Below are positions 1 through 13,458 of a stretch of DNA of 64,000 nt, one piece after another. Origin of the DNA: Phoronis australis (taxonomy: Eukaryota; Animalia; Phoronida). The DNA is taken from the NCBI GenBank assembly GCA_002633005.1, contig NMRA01000718.1, positions 106,552-170,551 on the forward strand, in the 5' to 3' direction. Every line of letters starts with the position of its first letter. Position 1 is the stretch's first letter. A program made the position numbers and the translations under genes. The notes beneath the pieces are model-generated. The model saw nothing but the letters and a program-made list of their open reading frames with translations. It made no database searches and was not told where the DNA came from.

Positions 1-2612
1 CCCCCCCCGCCCGAGGTAATGTCAGCAATGCTCTCGTATTGGAATCTGGAATAATGCGCAAAGTGGGAGTTGAGGAATGTCTGTAAGAAACCATTAATTG
101 ACATACATGTAAAAAGTTGAAAACTGAGAATCAGTCACATTTTTCGTTACTTGAGTTCAATGTAAGATCACTGTTTCTGGCGCCGTTATTCCACCCCAAA
201 TCTCCAGCATTTCGAAATGATCCAAGGATCTCTGGAAGAGTCTCACTTTTGTTATTGTTCACTGTCGAATGGTCAATTTACCTTAATTATAGTGGATGGC
301 TGGGTTTGGGTGAATTCACCAGAAACTTTGATGAATTCTGGAGAAGTTGGAAGCAAATCAACAAGCAAGAAAATACTGGTCATTGCATCCAAAGGGGATG
401 GAATTTCATCACTACCTCCTGTTAAATGTAATAACAATACATGTGCATATTGTTGTTTTACACAGTCTCTTTAATAACAACTATACTGTCAAAACAATCA
501 ATAGTTCAACATTAGCATAAGGAGAAAATTAAAGCCATGTCGGAGGAATATCCGATGGACACCATATTACCACTCTTTCGACACCGTGAGTAGACGTCCT
601 CATGTCTGTACCTTGCTCACTTTGTTAAACATCACACAGTTCAGCCACAAACCCCAAGACCAAACTTCGGCCAGTTTGGGCGGAAGTTAGTTCAAGTAAC
701 CTGATTCAGTTTTCCGCCTGAACATTATCTACATCTTCACAAAAGTCCACTTATCTAGTTCTCCTGTATATTTATTTTCTTCAAAATGATGGCTTTCTGT
801 TGCATAAATGTATTACAGTCCGGTGAGTGAGGAATCGGCAATTTTAGGGTGTCAAATTTGCAAAAATCTGATTGGATGGCTGAGCTCTTTTGACCCAAAT
901 TGTGGAATGTGTAGCATGTTTCCCCAACCCCCTTGTGCTGCGCTGCACCATGGGCGACGAGGCACTGAAATAAGTGGGTGGAGCTATAGCCCCCAGCCCC
1001 CTATGTGGCAGCCATCAAGAGTGAGAGTGGTGGTTTGGGGGTGACAGTGTGAATTTTTCATGTTTGTTTTTTTGGGAGTTTCTTCTTTTTTGAATGAAAA
1101 GGAACAGTTAAGATGAGCGCCGAATTTGTGACTGCATTTGGTCGACTTTGGCCGCCTACTAGGCTGGGACATCCGATTTGTCTGTAAGCTGGAAATTGCC
1201 ATTGAGAATCAGATGTCTTTTCTGGTTGATCAGGCAAAGTCAATCAACTTGAAGTGGTAACATTATCACGCTAACTACCATCTTGGAAATCTTCAAATTT
1301 CCATTTTTCATCAAAAGGGTAGGCTCTATTATTTCGTTTACTTAAAAAGTTATGCTGGGCCCTAATACATCTGCCAAAACACCCAGAATTCCCTGAACTT
1401 TTTTTTCAAGGTGTCTTCAAAGTGTTTGGACGGTGTGGATATTAATTCCAGCACTCACCCTGTGGGACTCTTTTGACTTTTGACACCGATGTGTTGTCAT
1501 CAACTTCACATTCTTCCATTTTGACCACTGGTGAGTCCTCTTATTGGCTAAAACGAGATACGACAATTTCCGTTATGGAACAATGCCCGCCAAGCTAGCC
1601 GTGGGGTATCTCATTTTATTCATGCACCGTTTGTCAATCAGACGGCTGAAACCATAAACCCCAGACGAAGAAAGCGAGCAGACATGTCACAACTTCACAG
1701 CATGTCAGTATAAGAAGATACGAAAAATGTGAAGTGATACTACCCTCGGGATCGGGATGGGTCGATGTCTTGGTATATTGCTAGACTTCTAAGTATGGTG
1801 TTCTACTCTCAACTCCGGTGTTGTTTTGTTTTCGTATGTATGTATGTGTCCGTGCGTACGCGTGTGATTGTAGACTTTGTGTTGTGCGAACAGGTAGCCT
1901 TCTTTATAATGTTTGACACTAGAGGCCATGTCAGTGGACTTTTAAGATACGAAAATGCCGGCGAAAGTAAGAAACAGTGGTCTTATAACGAAACAAATAT
2001 AGCTCCAATGCTGATGCGATGAGTTTGCGACAGAAAATGGCCATACCAGCCATCAGGGGTTTATTATCGGCAGGGCATGCCGGTCATCGACGTCAAGTAC
2101 TATTGCTACTGATCCGACAACACCTCAAGCATGTTAGGAATCGCGATGGAAATCACTCAGCAGGGTCAGTGGAGAATTAATTGATAATAAAGTTCTTTGA
2201 AAATCACAATACTCATGGTACATTAATAATTATATCGTGAGTTTACTAGATTTTGGGAACTTGTTTCTAAATGGTTCTTCATTGATAATGGAGAAACATT
2301 AGTAAATGCCACTGTTTCTTTGCAACAAACGATGAATCTATTCATAAAGTTAGTTTGATTCTAGCGAAATGTCACGTGACTTATATTGATGCTTTTGCAA
2401 ATATTTTAGTACATTGCTGTATCACAGAAATATATATTTTTTTAAAAATAGACAGGCTTTGGTGAATTTTTTGCACTCATTTGAAAGGTTACTGAGATGA
2501 GTGTCTAGTGCAGACTTACTTTAAACGACTCCTAATTCCAGCTGCAAACATGAGTAAAAAGTACAGGTTTTTCAAGTTTCGGACTCGAACTTAAATTTCA
2601 ATGCAGGACACC

Positions 2613-3745
2613 CCTTACGAAAATTGGATTTCCTATTGGATGCCTATAGGAAATTCTATAGGAATTCCTATAGGATCCAACAATGAATCCAGTTGGATTT
2701 TGGCCCAAAATTTCCTATAGGAATCCTTTAGGGTATCCTATAAGAAACCCCTATAGGAATTCTTATGAGACTTTTATGAAATCCATTAGGATTTTTCATC
2801 ATGACATTTTAAAGACTTATATAATACAGTAAAACAACAGTGTTTTCAACAAAAGAAATTCTTTGGAAACATTCAACTGGAACACAGGTAACCTCAAATT
2901 TCTTGTACAGCAGTCCACTCTGATCTTAAACATGGTCTGCAGCAGGATATCTATATATGTTACAAATGGTGCACTAAACTGGGGCTACAAAAGACCTGTG
3001 TGTTCTTTTTTGCTTTTCCAAATCAACATAATATTTAAATGCTGAATGCTATAGGGTTTTATACGTTGTTCTCTGATAGTCAAAGCTGTAAGCTTATGTC
3101 GAGTGTTTTAACTGCTGTAAAGACAACTGTTCATTGAATCGCCTTTCAGTGACACCTGTTGTACAGTTGAGAAACTGTCCATTTTAGCCACTAAGCCATA
3201 CACATAATCAAAACTTTTCCTTAGAAGTTTAGACACAACATTATAAGTTACAACACCACAAATGAAACAGATATGATGACAGCTATATAATTTACCATTT
3301 TATGTTTTGTGTGAAGAGAATTTCATCTACAGGAAGTTCAGTAGGACTCTATAAGTTCAATAAGGTCCTAAAGAAAGTTCAATAGGATCCTATATGATTT
3401 CCTATTGGACAATACAGGATTTCCTATAGGATCCTACAGGATTTTCTGTTGCATCCTATAGGATTTCCTATTGGATCCTATAGGATTTACTATTGGAATC
3501 CTATAGGATTTTCTACAGGAGTCCTATATGATTTCCTATAGGAATGCTATAGGGTTTCCTATTGGATCCTATAGGATTTCTTATAGGAATCCTATAGGAT
3601 TTCCTGTAGGAACGCTATAGGATTTCCTATTGGATCATATACGATTTCCTATTAGATTCTATAGGAAATCCAATGGGATCCTCTAAAGTTTCCTAAAGCA
3701 TCCAATAGGAAATCCTATAGAAATCCTTCAGAATATCGCATAAGG
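2613..3745. repeat. Foldback/MITE-like element built from palindromic CCTATAGG minisatellite arms; further remnants extend to ~4080
   Basis: Many ggatttcctatagga / atcctatagga units. The left end ggatttcctattggatgcctataggaaa is inverted at ~3689-3715, and the termini read ccttacg...cataagg. Confidence 0.7.
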
Positions 3746-4257
3746 AGCCTTATAGGAATTCTTATAAGGCTTTAATATATCCAGTAGGCAGTTCAATAGG
3801 AGTCTATAGGAAGTTCCGGATTCTACGAAGCAATTAACATATACATGTATTTAGACTCACCTCTATGTTAAACTTTACAAAAATTAATGACTCAGAAGAG
3901 CTGAAATTAGATAAAAAAACGATATTTTACTATACAATCTTAGGCTGTTTTTTTAAATGTTTAGAAATCAGATTTGTGAAAAATTTTCTATAGATTTTTT
4001 TCTATAGGAATTACTATAGGCTATCTTGATCCTGTAGGAATCCTATAGGAAATCGATATTCCTGTAGGAATTCCTAATCCTAATTCCACGTGGAACAAAA
4101 TGCCATCGTTGGCATCATTAAGTCAACCATCTGTTTGTATGAGATAGTCGAATAATGAGTCAACGATGACAACTGCGGTGGCCTTTTAACTCCACAATGT
4201 ACCTTCTACAACTTATTGCCGTTATACTGTGTGAATTGATGATTTCGTTCCGTGTAG

Positions 4258-4372
4258 GATGGTGAAGTGGTGGGAATCAACACTATGAAAGTGACTACCG
4301 GCATCTCCTTCGCCATCCCGTGTAACTGCGCCAAGGAGTTCTTGAGAAAGGCAGAGGAGTTTCAAAAACGAG
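4258..4372 (+). CDS. HtrA-family (HtrA2/Omi-like) serine protease exon, end of the protease domain
   Basis: tgtag|[38 protein letters not shown]|gtgaac matches the [16 protein letters not shown] motif of HtrA proteases. Confidence 0.88.
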
Positions 4373-4594
4373 GTGAACTTTGACTTATGAAAGTTTTAAA
4401 AAGCGGTATTCAGATGGAAAAACTACCACGTTTGGTTTTCGATTTTTACGTTAAAAACTGCGAACGGGTGCGATTGGAGTCCAATAGAGTTAATTCTGAA
4501 TGCATGTCCTACTTGCCTAGTGTGCAAGCCTTGGAATGCATTTCTTGATGAGGTGCATCATAACACTCTTCTTTCGCAACTCATTGAATTTCAG

Positions 4595-4742
4595 TTGAAG
4601 CCAAACAGGGTGGCTGGTTCGGCAGTAAACCGTCTCGCCAGGACATCTCCCCAGTGGAGCTACAGCAGAGACTGGTGGACTTCCCGGATGTTCAAGAAGG
4701 CGTGTTTGTGCATAAAGTGGTAGTAGGTTCACCTGCTTGTGT
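4595..4742 (+). pseudogene. HtrA-family PDZ-domain exon, apparently with an internal in-frame deletion; probable gene fragment
   Basis: tttcag|VEAKQGGWFGSKPSRQDISPVELQQRLVDFPDVQEGVFVHKVVVGSPAC|gtgact is phase-compatible with the previous exon. FPDV..GV.VHKV..GSPA is the HtrA PDZ motif, but the YIG-x-MLTL segment is missing. No further exons were recognised. Confidence 0.7.
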
Positions 4743-7700
4743 GTGACTGTAGAAGACTAGTTAACTGAATGTCAAGGTCTTTTTTGTCTTGAACTTTGTT
4801 AGACACCTTACTTTGTAGGTAAGTAGATCACGTGTCCCTGTCACCAGCGGAAATTGACGATTTTCAACTGAAAAGCATGTGTTGGTGTCGGAGACAACTT
4901 TGGTCACATCACTTTGTAAATTAATTCGTAATGTCATCAGCATTGCATGTGTTAATGCTTTTGAATTGTTCTGAGTGGAAAAATGACAATGTTGATGACT
5001 TTCTCTAATTTTCAAGGAAAGGGTTATTTCCCACAAATGTGCATATCAATTAATTAAAAAACCCTTATATGATAATAAATGTCCAATGCATGTTACCACA
5101 TAAATGTAGGGCAGTTTACTATGGCCAACGTGTTTTTTAATAAGTTTATTTGCAGAAACTGAAATTAACAATGGAATACAGTAGAAAAGAAAACAAACAC
5201 AAACACATTCACTCTCACATTCACACATTCCAGCTCTGCTTGAATTTATACTAAATGTATAAGGGTTTCAAAAATCCCAGCAAAGAAAGTCAGGGTGTAA
5301 TTCTCTAGATTTCGTACTTTTCTATGTCTTGACAGTGTCAAATAAAATTGGGTGAAATCTCTGAAGTACAGGAATACATGAAGACTTCGAACAAGTATAT
5401 ATAAAGTACTGAGCTAACGTTAATATGTAATTACTTTCGTAGCCATGGTATCCAAAGCATGCAAATAGCAGGACACGATTTTCTGCCAGTAACAGGTTAT
5501 CTACAACGACGTTTGAAATCCAAGTTAGAAAGTACATGCTCATATTCCAAAAACAAGTGATTAAAAGTTCCTACGAGTCCGCAAAATGAGCCTCTGTCGT
5601 TTTGGACTATTTTCATTTTCTTTAATAAATATTTTGTGTAAATTTTTTATGAATGTGATGATACTTAAAAACTTTCAAATGAGGTTGTAGCAACAGTTTA
5701 AATGGCATATTATCAATCTCTTTAATTTGCTGGTCATCAAATAATTCTAACAAATTGTATTCCACATCAGGAACTGATGTCTCTCAGGAAAGTAATACAT
5801 CTTTTGTCCATCGCGTATCAATCTGATCCGGCGTAAAGTCGTGCATGCTGCTGGCTCTATCATTAAAGTCCTGGTCTCAAAATGCCCATGTGGTTCCAGT
5901 ATCCAAAAATACTTACTAAATAAAATCTTATTTTCGACACCCTTTCTTTATATTCTTTTCGCCTTTCTTGCCAAAAGCGATTTTTTAACAGCATTTGACC
6001 CTTCTCTGTGAGCGTATCATTACCGGCTGTCATCGGTTATATCCGTACCCACATTTCCGGCTCATCAGTTCAGGAACTTGTCCTGAACGCTGCCATTTTT
6101 GCTTGTAACTGAATGTGTTATCGCTTGCTCGAAAAGTCTTAATTATTTTGTTTTAGCAATAATATCTCATGATTCGTTTGCATATGTAGTGTATTTATAG
6201 TTTGTGATCGTTGATTTTTTTTAATGTTACGCGTACTTATTATGTTAGAATAGAATTGGTGTTTAGTTCCTTACGTAGGCCGGTCGAACCTAGGAACCAA
6301 TATGTGTCAACCAATTTTTTTTCGTTTTGATTTTTTTTTCGTTTTGAAAGAGTACTTTGGTAATATCGGAAAGGTAGTGTATTCTACTCAGTAAAAATCG
6401 AAAAAGTATCAAAATCGGGGCAAGCAGTGTAAAGTTATTGCAATTTTTGTGGCAAAATTTGGGTCCTTTGTTTGGAGGGCGTCGGTCATATTGGAGGACA
6501 GCGGTATAAGTTTCGAGTTTAAAACTTTTTGTTAATTGTTTTCGCCAACAATTTACGGTGAAATTTAGTGAGGCATATCTTTACTTACTACTCTGCACGA
6601 TTCAACAGTGTTCACTAAATTTCAGCCTCGCAGTTGTTACTCATTAAGTGATAAATGTGCTCACAATTCCCATTGGTCTTCGTCTCATTTCTGGCGGCAC
6701 CGACAACATAGTGAATTTTGCTGAACTGGAAGGCATGTTCAACCTGTTACTTTGTAATTTGTGAAGATTTAAAGTTCGTATATTTTGACAAACGTTGCTA
6801 CAAAAAAGGAACTTTGTTCAATTTTCGTGTTTTTTTGGTGCAAAAATATAAGATATTCTCGAATTATTTTACTGTGATTGTCCCATTCAGGTGATCTTAC
6901 ATTAAGCTAAAAAATAAGTTGAAATAATTTTGAAATGTTTTTTGTTTGACTATCAACTGCTGTTCAAGGCTTGATTAGGTGTCACAAAATGATTCATATT
7001 TTTTCAAAAGTTTAAGTCTCAATTGCTTTCAAGTCATGTTTTGTAACTTATTGCTTCTTAATTCAGGTTATCAAGTCAACAATATGAATAATCTTAATTT
7101 GAGAAATAAGCTATGCTGGATTGTGAAGCTTCAAGCCTCCAATTCTTGTTCCTTGCAACTTCATATTTTTTTTAATCATGCTTGTTAAATTCTGGTGTAA
7201 GGAAACACTATTCCGTCACCATGGTAATAGTTACATGTATGTCCACTTTCATATCATGGAAACTTTTGCTGCTGAATAGTGTTTGTAATGCTAAATGTTG
7301 TAAAGTATTGTACATTTTTAGTTACTTATTATGGTAAAAGGTTGAATCATTTTGGCTTAAAAAATGATAACATTTTGTATTGGACTTGTCGTACTTATGT
7401 GCTCGAACGAGTCCCCTATTTGGAGAAATGGAAAAAGGTCTGCCTCAGTCAGAGAAGCACGAACTCCGAAAAAAGTTGAAAAGGAGACAATATTCCACTA
7501 GAAGACAGGAAGTACCAAAATTTAGCTTCTGCAATTCATAGCTCTGAACATACCCAGTGAATCTTATAGTAACAGGTAGACATTCCCAAAAATTCCAGCC
7601 CCCCATTTTTTTAGGTTTGGTGCGCTCAAACAAAGGCTGGAAAATCTCTATTGAAAGCCAACAACTTTGCACAGTTACGCCAGAAGTACCCAAGTTCTAA

Positions 7701-8219
7701 ATAAACCTCGTTTGAGCGAGCGCTGTGGCCAGCGACCAGGTAGGCCTAAGGGTAGCCTTGACGCAAAAGCTGTATGGGCCTACTAACAAGCTGTAGTTAG
7801 TCTTCATACTGGTAGCTGTCATTGATGCTAGCTAAGGGCTGCCGCGGCAGTGTGACACAGGACTAACCAGCCCGTAATTTTATGCAAGTGTCTGAAAGTA
7901 CCTTTGAATGTATACGGCATTTATGATTTGAACAATTTACTTCGACAAAACAGCTTGCAATTAACCGCATGCCTTTACCGTTCGCCAGTGTCTGGTCTTA
8001 ATCCGCACCGGGTCCGATAAGCTGCAGTCCCCAGTCCCGCAAAATGATTTATAATCGACATATGTCCCGAATAATAGATAAATGATAGGTGCATCACAGG
8101 CTCGTTACCAGAGGTGAAAAGGAGACCGAGGTAGGCGATATAAGGTAATTTATTAAGACTAGTACAATTACAATAAAATGAATACAGGTAAATAACGTAT
8201 TTTAGATTTTAAGATTAAA

Positions 8220-10260
8220 CAACTTCCATACTTTCTACAAACATATTTAGGGAGTATATCCCAATCATTATTTTTTCCTTCTAAAAACATTTATTCCATT
8301 TAATTAACAAGGACTTATACAAAATGTTGACATCTGGAACAGCTAAGCCCCCTCTTTCCCTGCTATTTACAGCAATATCTCTTCTAACTCTTGGGGGTTT
8401 ATTTTGCCATATGAAACCCTGGATAATATTATTTATCTCCTGTCGTTCATTAGGAAGCATACCTAATATATTCATAACATAAATTATTTTGGACATAGCA
8501 AAAGTTTTGATCACCTCATTTCTTCCATATATGTAATTTTTTAAATTTTTAATTTTGTCATTATTACGCGCATTGTTTTTTTCATTATTCTGTCCAGAAT
8601 ATATGACCAAACATTTGAGTGGCCATTTAAAATTATACAAAATTTCATTGGATTCCTTTGCCCGGTTGCTTGAAACAGTCCCAAATAGGGACTCAACTAA
8701 GGTCCCTAAATCTTATTCGTATTTGTTTCGTTCTTTAGTCACAGGTGTAATATTTTTTATAATTTAATCTTTATTATGAGCTCTTTTTTGACGAATGACA
8801 TTTTGTAATAATATAATTAAAAACTGAGCCCTTAATACAATCAAAACAGTTAGGGAGTTAGTCCTTATATAGGGTGCGTTGCATTATTTTTAATAGTATT
8901 TAGAATTCAATCTAGATTTTACTCTCGATTTGTATCAAAGACAAAAATTGGCATATCAATGGTACTCAAACAGCATAAGATAGGACAATCAGTATTTTCA
9001 CAAGCCCGCAAATACGCACTAGATTTAGCGACTTTAGTTGAGTCCCTATTTGGGACTGTTTCATGCAACCGGGCACTTATCCTTGCCAAGACGCAGCCTT
9101 CACACTTATTCGGATTTAACTTTAATCCAGAGACTTCCCCAAAACTTCGAAGGAAGTCTAGTAAATTGGAACCCGAGGTCTCGTCTTGAAGAAATATTGT
9201 TGTATCGTCAGCATACTGCAATACCTTAAATTCATATCTTTCAATATTAATACCTCTATTTAAATTACTTTTTCTCATATAATTCGCTATTACTTCGACA
9301 CATCAACAAAATAACTGACATGACAATGAATCTCCTTGTCTGACACCTGTTTTAAGTTTAACATAGTCAGTGGAATGGCCATTGTTAATCACACAGGAAG
9401 TGGAGTTGTTATAGAGAATGTTAACCCCAATTTTAAAATTGGGGCCAAAATTAAAAGCATGCAACACCTTATTATGAATAAATTTCCATTCAATTGTGTC
9501 ATACGCTTTTTGAAGTCCAAAAATGGGATGTGGCCTTGAACTTTATTAAAGTTTGTAAATGCAATAACATCTATCATTCTTATATTGTAACCAATAAATC
9601 TCCCTTTAACAGCACTTTGATTAATTTGTATCAACTGATGCATGCAAGTAATTAAACGTGACGTCAGAACTTTGGTTAAAAGTTTGTAATCAATGTTTAA
9701 CAATGTTATTGGTCTCCAGAAATCTAATGACTGTAATTCTGTGTCATCTTTAGACTAAGTATAAGAATTATATTTCCTCTAGTTTTTGAGGGAGACAAAC
9801 TTCATGGCTGTATTCAAAACACTTAAAAGGACCCTTAATTTCTTCCCAAAAACATTTATAAAATTCATATCTCAAACCATCCGTTCCTGGCGATTTGTTG
9901 TTCTTAGTACTTTTTAAAGCTTCATAAAATTCAGCTTGTGTAAAATCCCTATCCAGAATTTCAGCTTCAATCATACAATTAATTAGAGAAATTATATTTA
10001 AAGTTGCAATTATCACTGCTATATAACTTGGAGGAATAATCATGTATTTCATTCCTTATTAAGCCCTGACCTCTAATCAATTGTCCATTATTATCTTTAA
10101 GCTCTGTAATACATTTTTTCTTGTAGTTTCTTTTTTCCAAGTTGCCAAAATATTTAGAGTTACCTTCTCTAATTTCTATCCATTGAGCTCTTTTTCTGAT
10201 CATCTCTCCAACATGGTGCACACCACTTTTCACTTAATTGTCTACAATTGTCTCTGTCTT
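8220..10260 (-). mobile_element. Degenerate non-LTR retrotransposon (L1/Tx1-type ORF2 reverse transcriptase remnant)
   Basis: Frameshifted fragments: EGNSKYFGNLEKRN, KSPGTDGLRYEFYKCFW, WRPITLLNIDYKLLTKVL, GVRQGDSLS, LQYADDTTIFL, RGGLAVPD. Confidence 0.92.
8659..9075. mobile_element. PIF/Harbinger-like MITE inserted in the LINE remnant
   Basis: ~50-bp TIR tgcccggttgc(t/a)tgaaacagtcccaaatagggactcaactaa at both ends, flanked by the 3-bp direct repeat ctt; interrupts the RT reading frame. Confidence 0.8.
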
Positions 10261-10698
10261 TTAATTCAACCAATTCCACCAGACAATACAATACAATGAA
10301 AGCGTTTTTCAACATTTCTTTTGTGTTGTGGTAATAACACCATACCTTAATTTCTGTGCTGTAGTCAATTGTTGATGTGATGAATTTCCGAGATTAAACG
10401 CTGATATAATTAAAATTTCAACTAATCATTAGCATACTTTGTATTGAGCCCTGTGATACATGACGTGGTCTTTTGATGTCACAAGTGTTGAGAGCTTCTG
10501 TGATCATTGCTCATTCTACACCTGAAAATGCCGAGACGACCAAGAAACAACCGACAGGTGCCAGTTTCAAAAGGCTAGGCTGGTAAGGGAATCCAGAAAT
10601 AATGTAATTATGAATTGTTGGTAATAAGCAGCTGAAAACAACATATTCTGTTTTGCTAGTGCTGGAATCCGACGAGGCGCTGTCATCGTTGATATTAA

Positions 10699-12430
10699 AG
10701 GGGAATGTCGCCCAAAAACAACCTATTTTGTATCAATTTAGATCGAATAGTTCTACTCGAAAACGGCAAGTTCGGTTTCGTTACCTGACACCTGACGGCA
10801 GACGGAGGTATTGAAATTATCCAGTGACGTCATTGGTTTCACAGGCAGTCTGTTCAGCAGTTCACAACACGGAATACTGGTGCCAGCTCATCGCTTGAAT
10901 TCACCGTTTAACACCAATAAATCATCAAATTTCGATGTAAAACACTTAAAAATACACTGAATTCTTATAAAAACGTGTTGCTTTATTTCGCTGTTACGTA
11001 TTTATTCAAGTTGGTATTTGGACACACCGTAGTCTACAAAGTTCGGCACATGAGGCCAATTTACCAATTTGGGGTATGTTCGGAGATAAATTCGAAGTAT
11101 TCTTCCGTAAAATACAGACAGGAGTACCGAGAAATGTGTTGTTTAGACTTGTGATTTTTGTGTTCTAAACACGCAGAACGCTTGTTATCCCTGCCAGTGT
11201 CTCGGAACCCCGGCGATCAGGCCCGTCGCGGCAGGACTGACTCGTTATCCCGGCCAGTGGCTCAGAACCCGATCAGGTCCGTCGCGGCCGCCTTGGCTGG
11301 CACGAACATAAACCAGCTTGAGTTGGAAACTAAACCTCCAGTCGCGAAAAGACTATAATAGTGAAGCAAAGAAATAATGTGCAAGTAATTATTTATGTGA
11401 ATTAGCCACGTTATTGAAAATCTACTTACTTGTCGGGGGTCGCGAAGTCGGGTTCCCCTTCCACAGACCGTCAGGACAAAGGTTGTACAGTAACAATGAT
11501 TTGAATAATGTATTTGTAATTCTAAATAAAGATTCCCCTAACATATGTGACCATAGCATATAAAATCGAGTAATTGCAATTTCACAACAGCTTTCTGTCA
11601 GCAAACAACGGAATTAGCATGCGCTCACACGGCCTCGGTGCCCGGTCAATTACCTTTATTGCCGGCATCAAAAGCCGATGACGCAACGGTTTATTCATTG
11701 CAGGCTTCTCAACATTTGCACACACGAACAGTGCAAGGGCATTACAAATTGTATCTAATGAGACAGATTTTGCTTCAGTTTCATATAAGCATTAGTTAGG
11801 ATGAGAATAATTCATTTTGAAACAGAACGCAGAATAATAAATGTCTATAGTACATGGCAACTCGCCCGGCGCCAATCCCGATTTAGTCAAGAGCTCATCC
11901 GACGAAGGCTTCAGGGGTCGGATCGTTAGGTTTCATACTGAGGCTATCAGTTCGAACCGGGATACACTGAACAAGAAATACTAGAGAGGCGCTGTGAACA
12001 TTCACAGGCAACGGAACGTATGGATAGTTATTTGGTAAGCCGGACTTCGTCAGATAAATCACTGGTCGACGAAATGCCGGCCACCGACAGACGTGGAGAT
12101 GTTTCACTGTCTCATACTTGCTATTAACAGCGTGCCTTTCGTTCTTCACTACCGCGAGCCACTTTCTAAGCATTCCGGGCTCTCGAAGAAGCCGAAAAAA
12201 CGATATAACCGCTTTTTTCGCAGCTTCATAGGACAAGCGGGAACGATGAACTGCAATATAGCGGCATTCACTCTGCAGACGAACCACTGACGTCGCTGCG
12301 TTGTTTCTCACCTTCCTCAGAGGTTAATGCGACTCCTCTCGGCAAGGTGAGGTCGACCGTATAAGAGGCGACGTGGATATAGACCTATTAAGACGGCAAA
12401 AAGAATAATTAAATCGGGTGGCATTCTCCT
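10699..12430 (-). mobile_element. Non-autonomous Kolobok-like DNA transposon, copy 1 (THAP-domain relic)
   Basis: TTAA|AGGGGAATGTCGCCC ... GGGTGGCATTCTCCT|TTAA. The internal relic FFRLLREPGMLRKWLAVVKNER..KHLHVC resembles a THAP domain. A homologous inverted copy lies at 27295-28969. Confidence 0.75.
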
Positions 12431-13198
12431 TTAACGGCAACCGAGTAACTTCAGCCAGTGACGTGTACCGACAGTGCCACTGAGTCCAGTGACAATTTGA
12501 CAGTGACTGTGTTGCGGTTACTTTAGAGACTCCTAGTGTCAGTCATGCCAGAAAATGTTGTCTGAATTGACATTATACATGAACCTAATAAGATGCGTGA
12601 TCTGCAAAGTTTGACTATGCATGTCTGACTCTTACTCAGGTGGGTAATGGTCATGAACTTGGGTAAAAAACAGCTACTGAGTATCTGAAATACAGTGTAT
12701 CTATACTGTTGCAGCTTTCTTTGCAGTTCTCGTTTGGTTGTCACTCAAAAATATCAGAGAGGACATCTTCAAAGCACTCAAATGTACATTTCTGAGCATG
12801 CTACATGTAGATAATCCAGGTAGCTGTCAATGCTTTTGGGATGTTGTCTGAATTTGTTGTGATTTTCACCAAAGGGTCATGGTTAGACAACATGCTCAAT
12901 GGTTTCATAGAAATTAACTGACATCTACTGCCATCAGATCCAGATTGACAAGCCCAAAAATACCCATGAACAAATTACCATGGCGACTGTTACCTTGACA
13001 ATTCAAAGCCTAATTACAAAATTGAACTTTCCCTCATGAACTTGTTTGTATTTGTCCCCATAATCAGATAATAAATCTGACTGATACTAATTTTGTGGCC
13101 AAAAACAGGTGTTAGCATGTGAGTAAAATAAGGGTGATATGTATTCAGTTCAGCTATTTAATGATAACCACAAAGAATGTGTCGGAAAAGAAGCCCAG

Positions 13199-13458
13199 GG
13201 CCTGTTTCGTGGAAATTACTTAAGACTGAAATTTTAATTGGTCTTAATCTCCTAACGCACTTCACAATAATATTATTGATAAAAAATTGCCGCCAGTCTA
13301 ATAGTTTGTAGAAATAATCTCAATAACTAGCAGTTTTGTGACTGTACTTTGCTCAAGTGAGATTTGTTTTCAGTATAGCTGTGTGTAGCGCAAGAGCAAA
13401 TTTCAGTTTTGAGAATTTTAAGTGACTTAAGTCGCTTGTCATGAAACAGAAACAGACC
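13199..13458. mobile_element. Small MITE (Harbinger-like TIRs)
   Basis: ggcctgtttcgtggaaattacttaag ... cttaagtcgcttgtcatgaaacagaaacagacc imperfect inverted termini. Confidence 0.5.

Noticed and set aside
117-474. Overlapping short ORFs at the window start
   Set aside because: No recognisable domain and no clear exon structure.
4165-4200. DNCGGLL peptide as the HtrA GNSGGPL catalytic exon
   Set aside because: The match is weak, the serine is absent, and the splice sites are unconvincing.
5760-7775. Possible decayed transposon ORF and weak TIR pair (~6269 and ~7750)
   Set aside because: Too degenerate to support a classification by eye.
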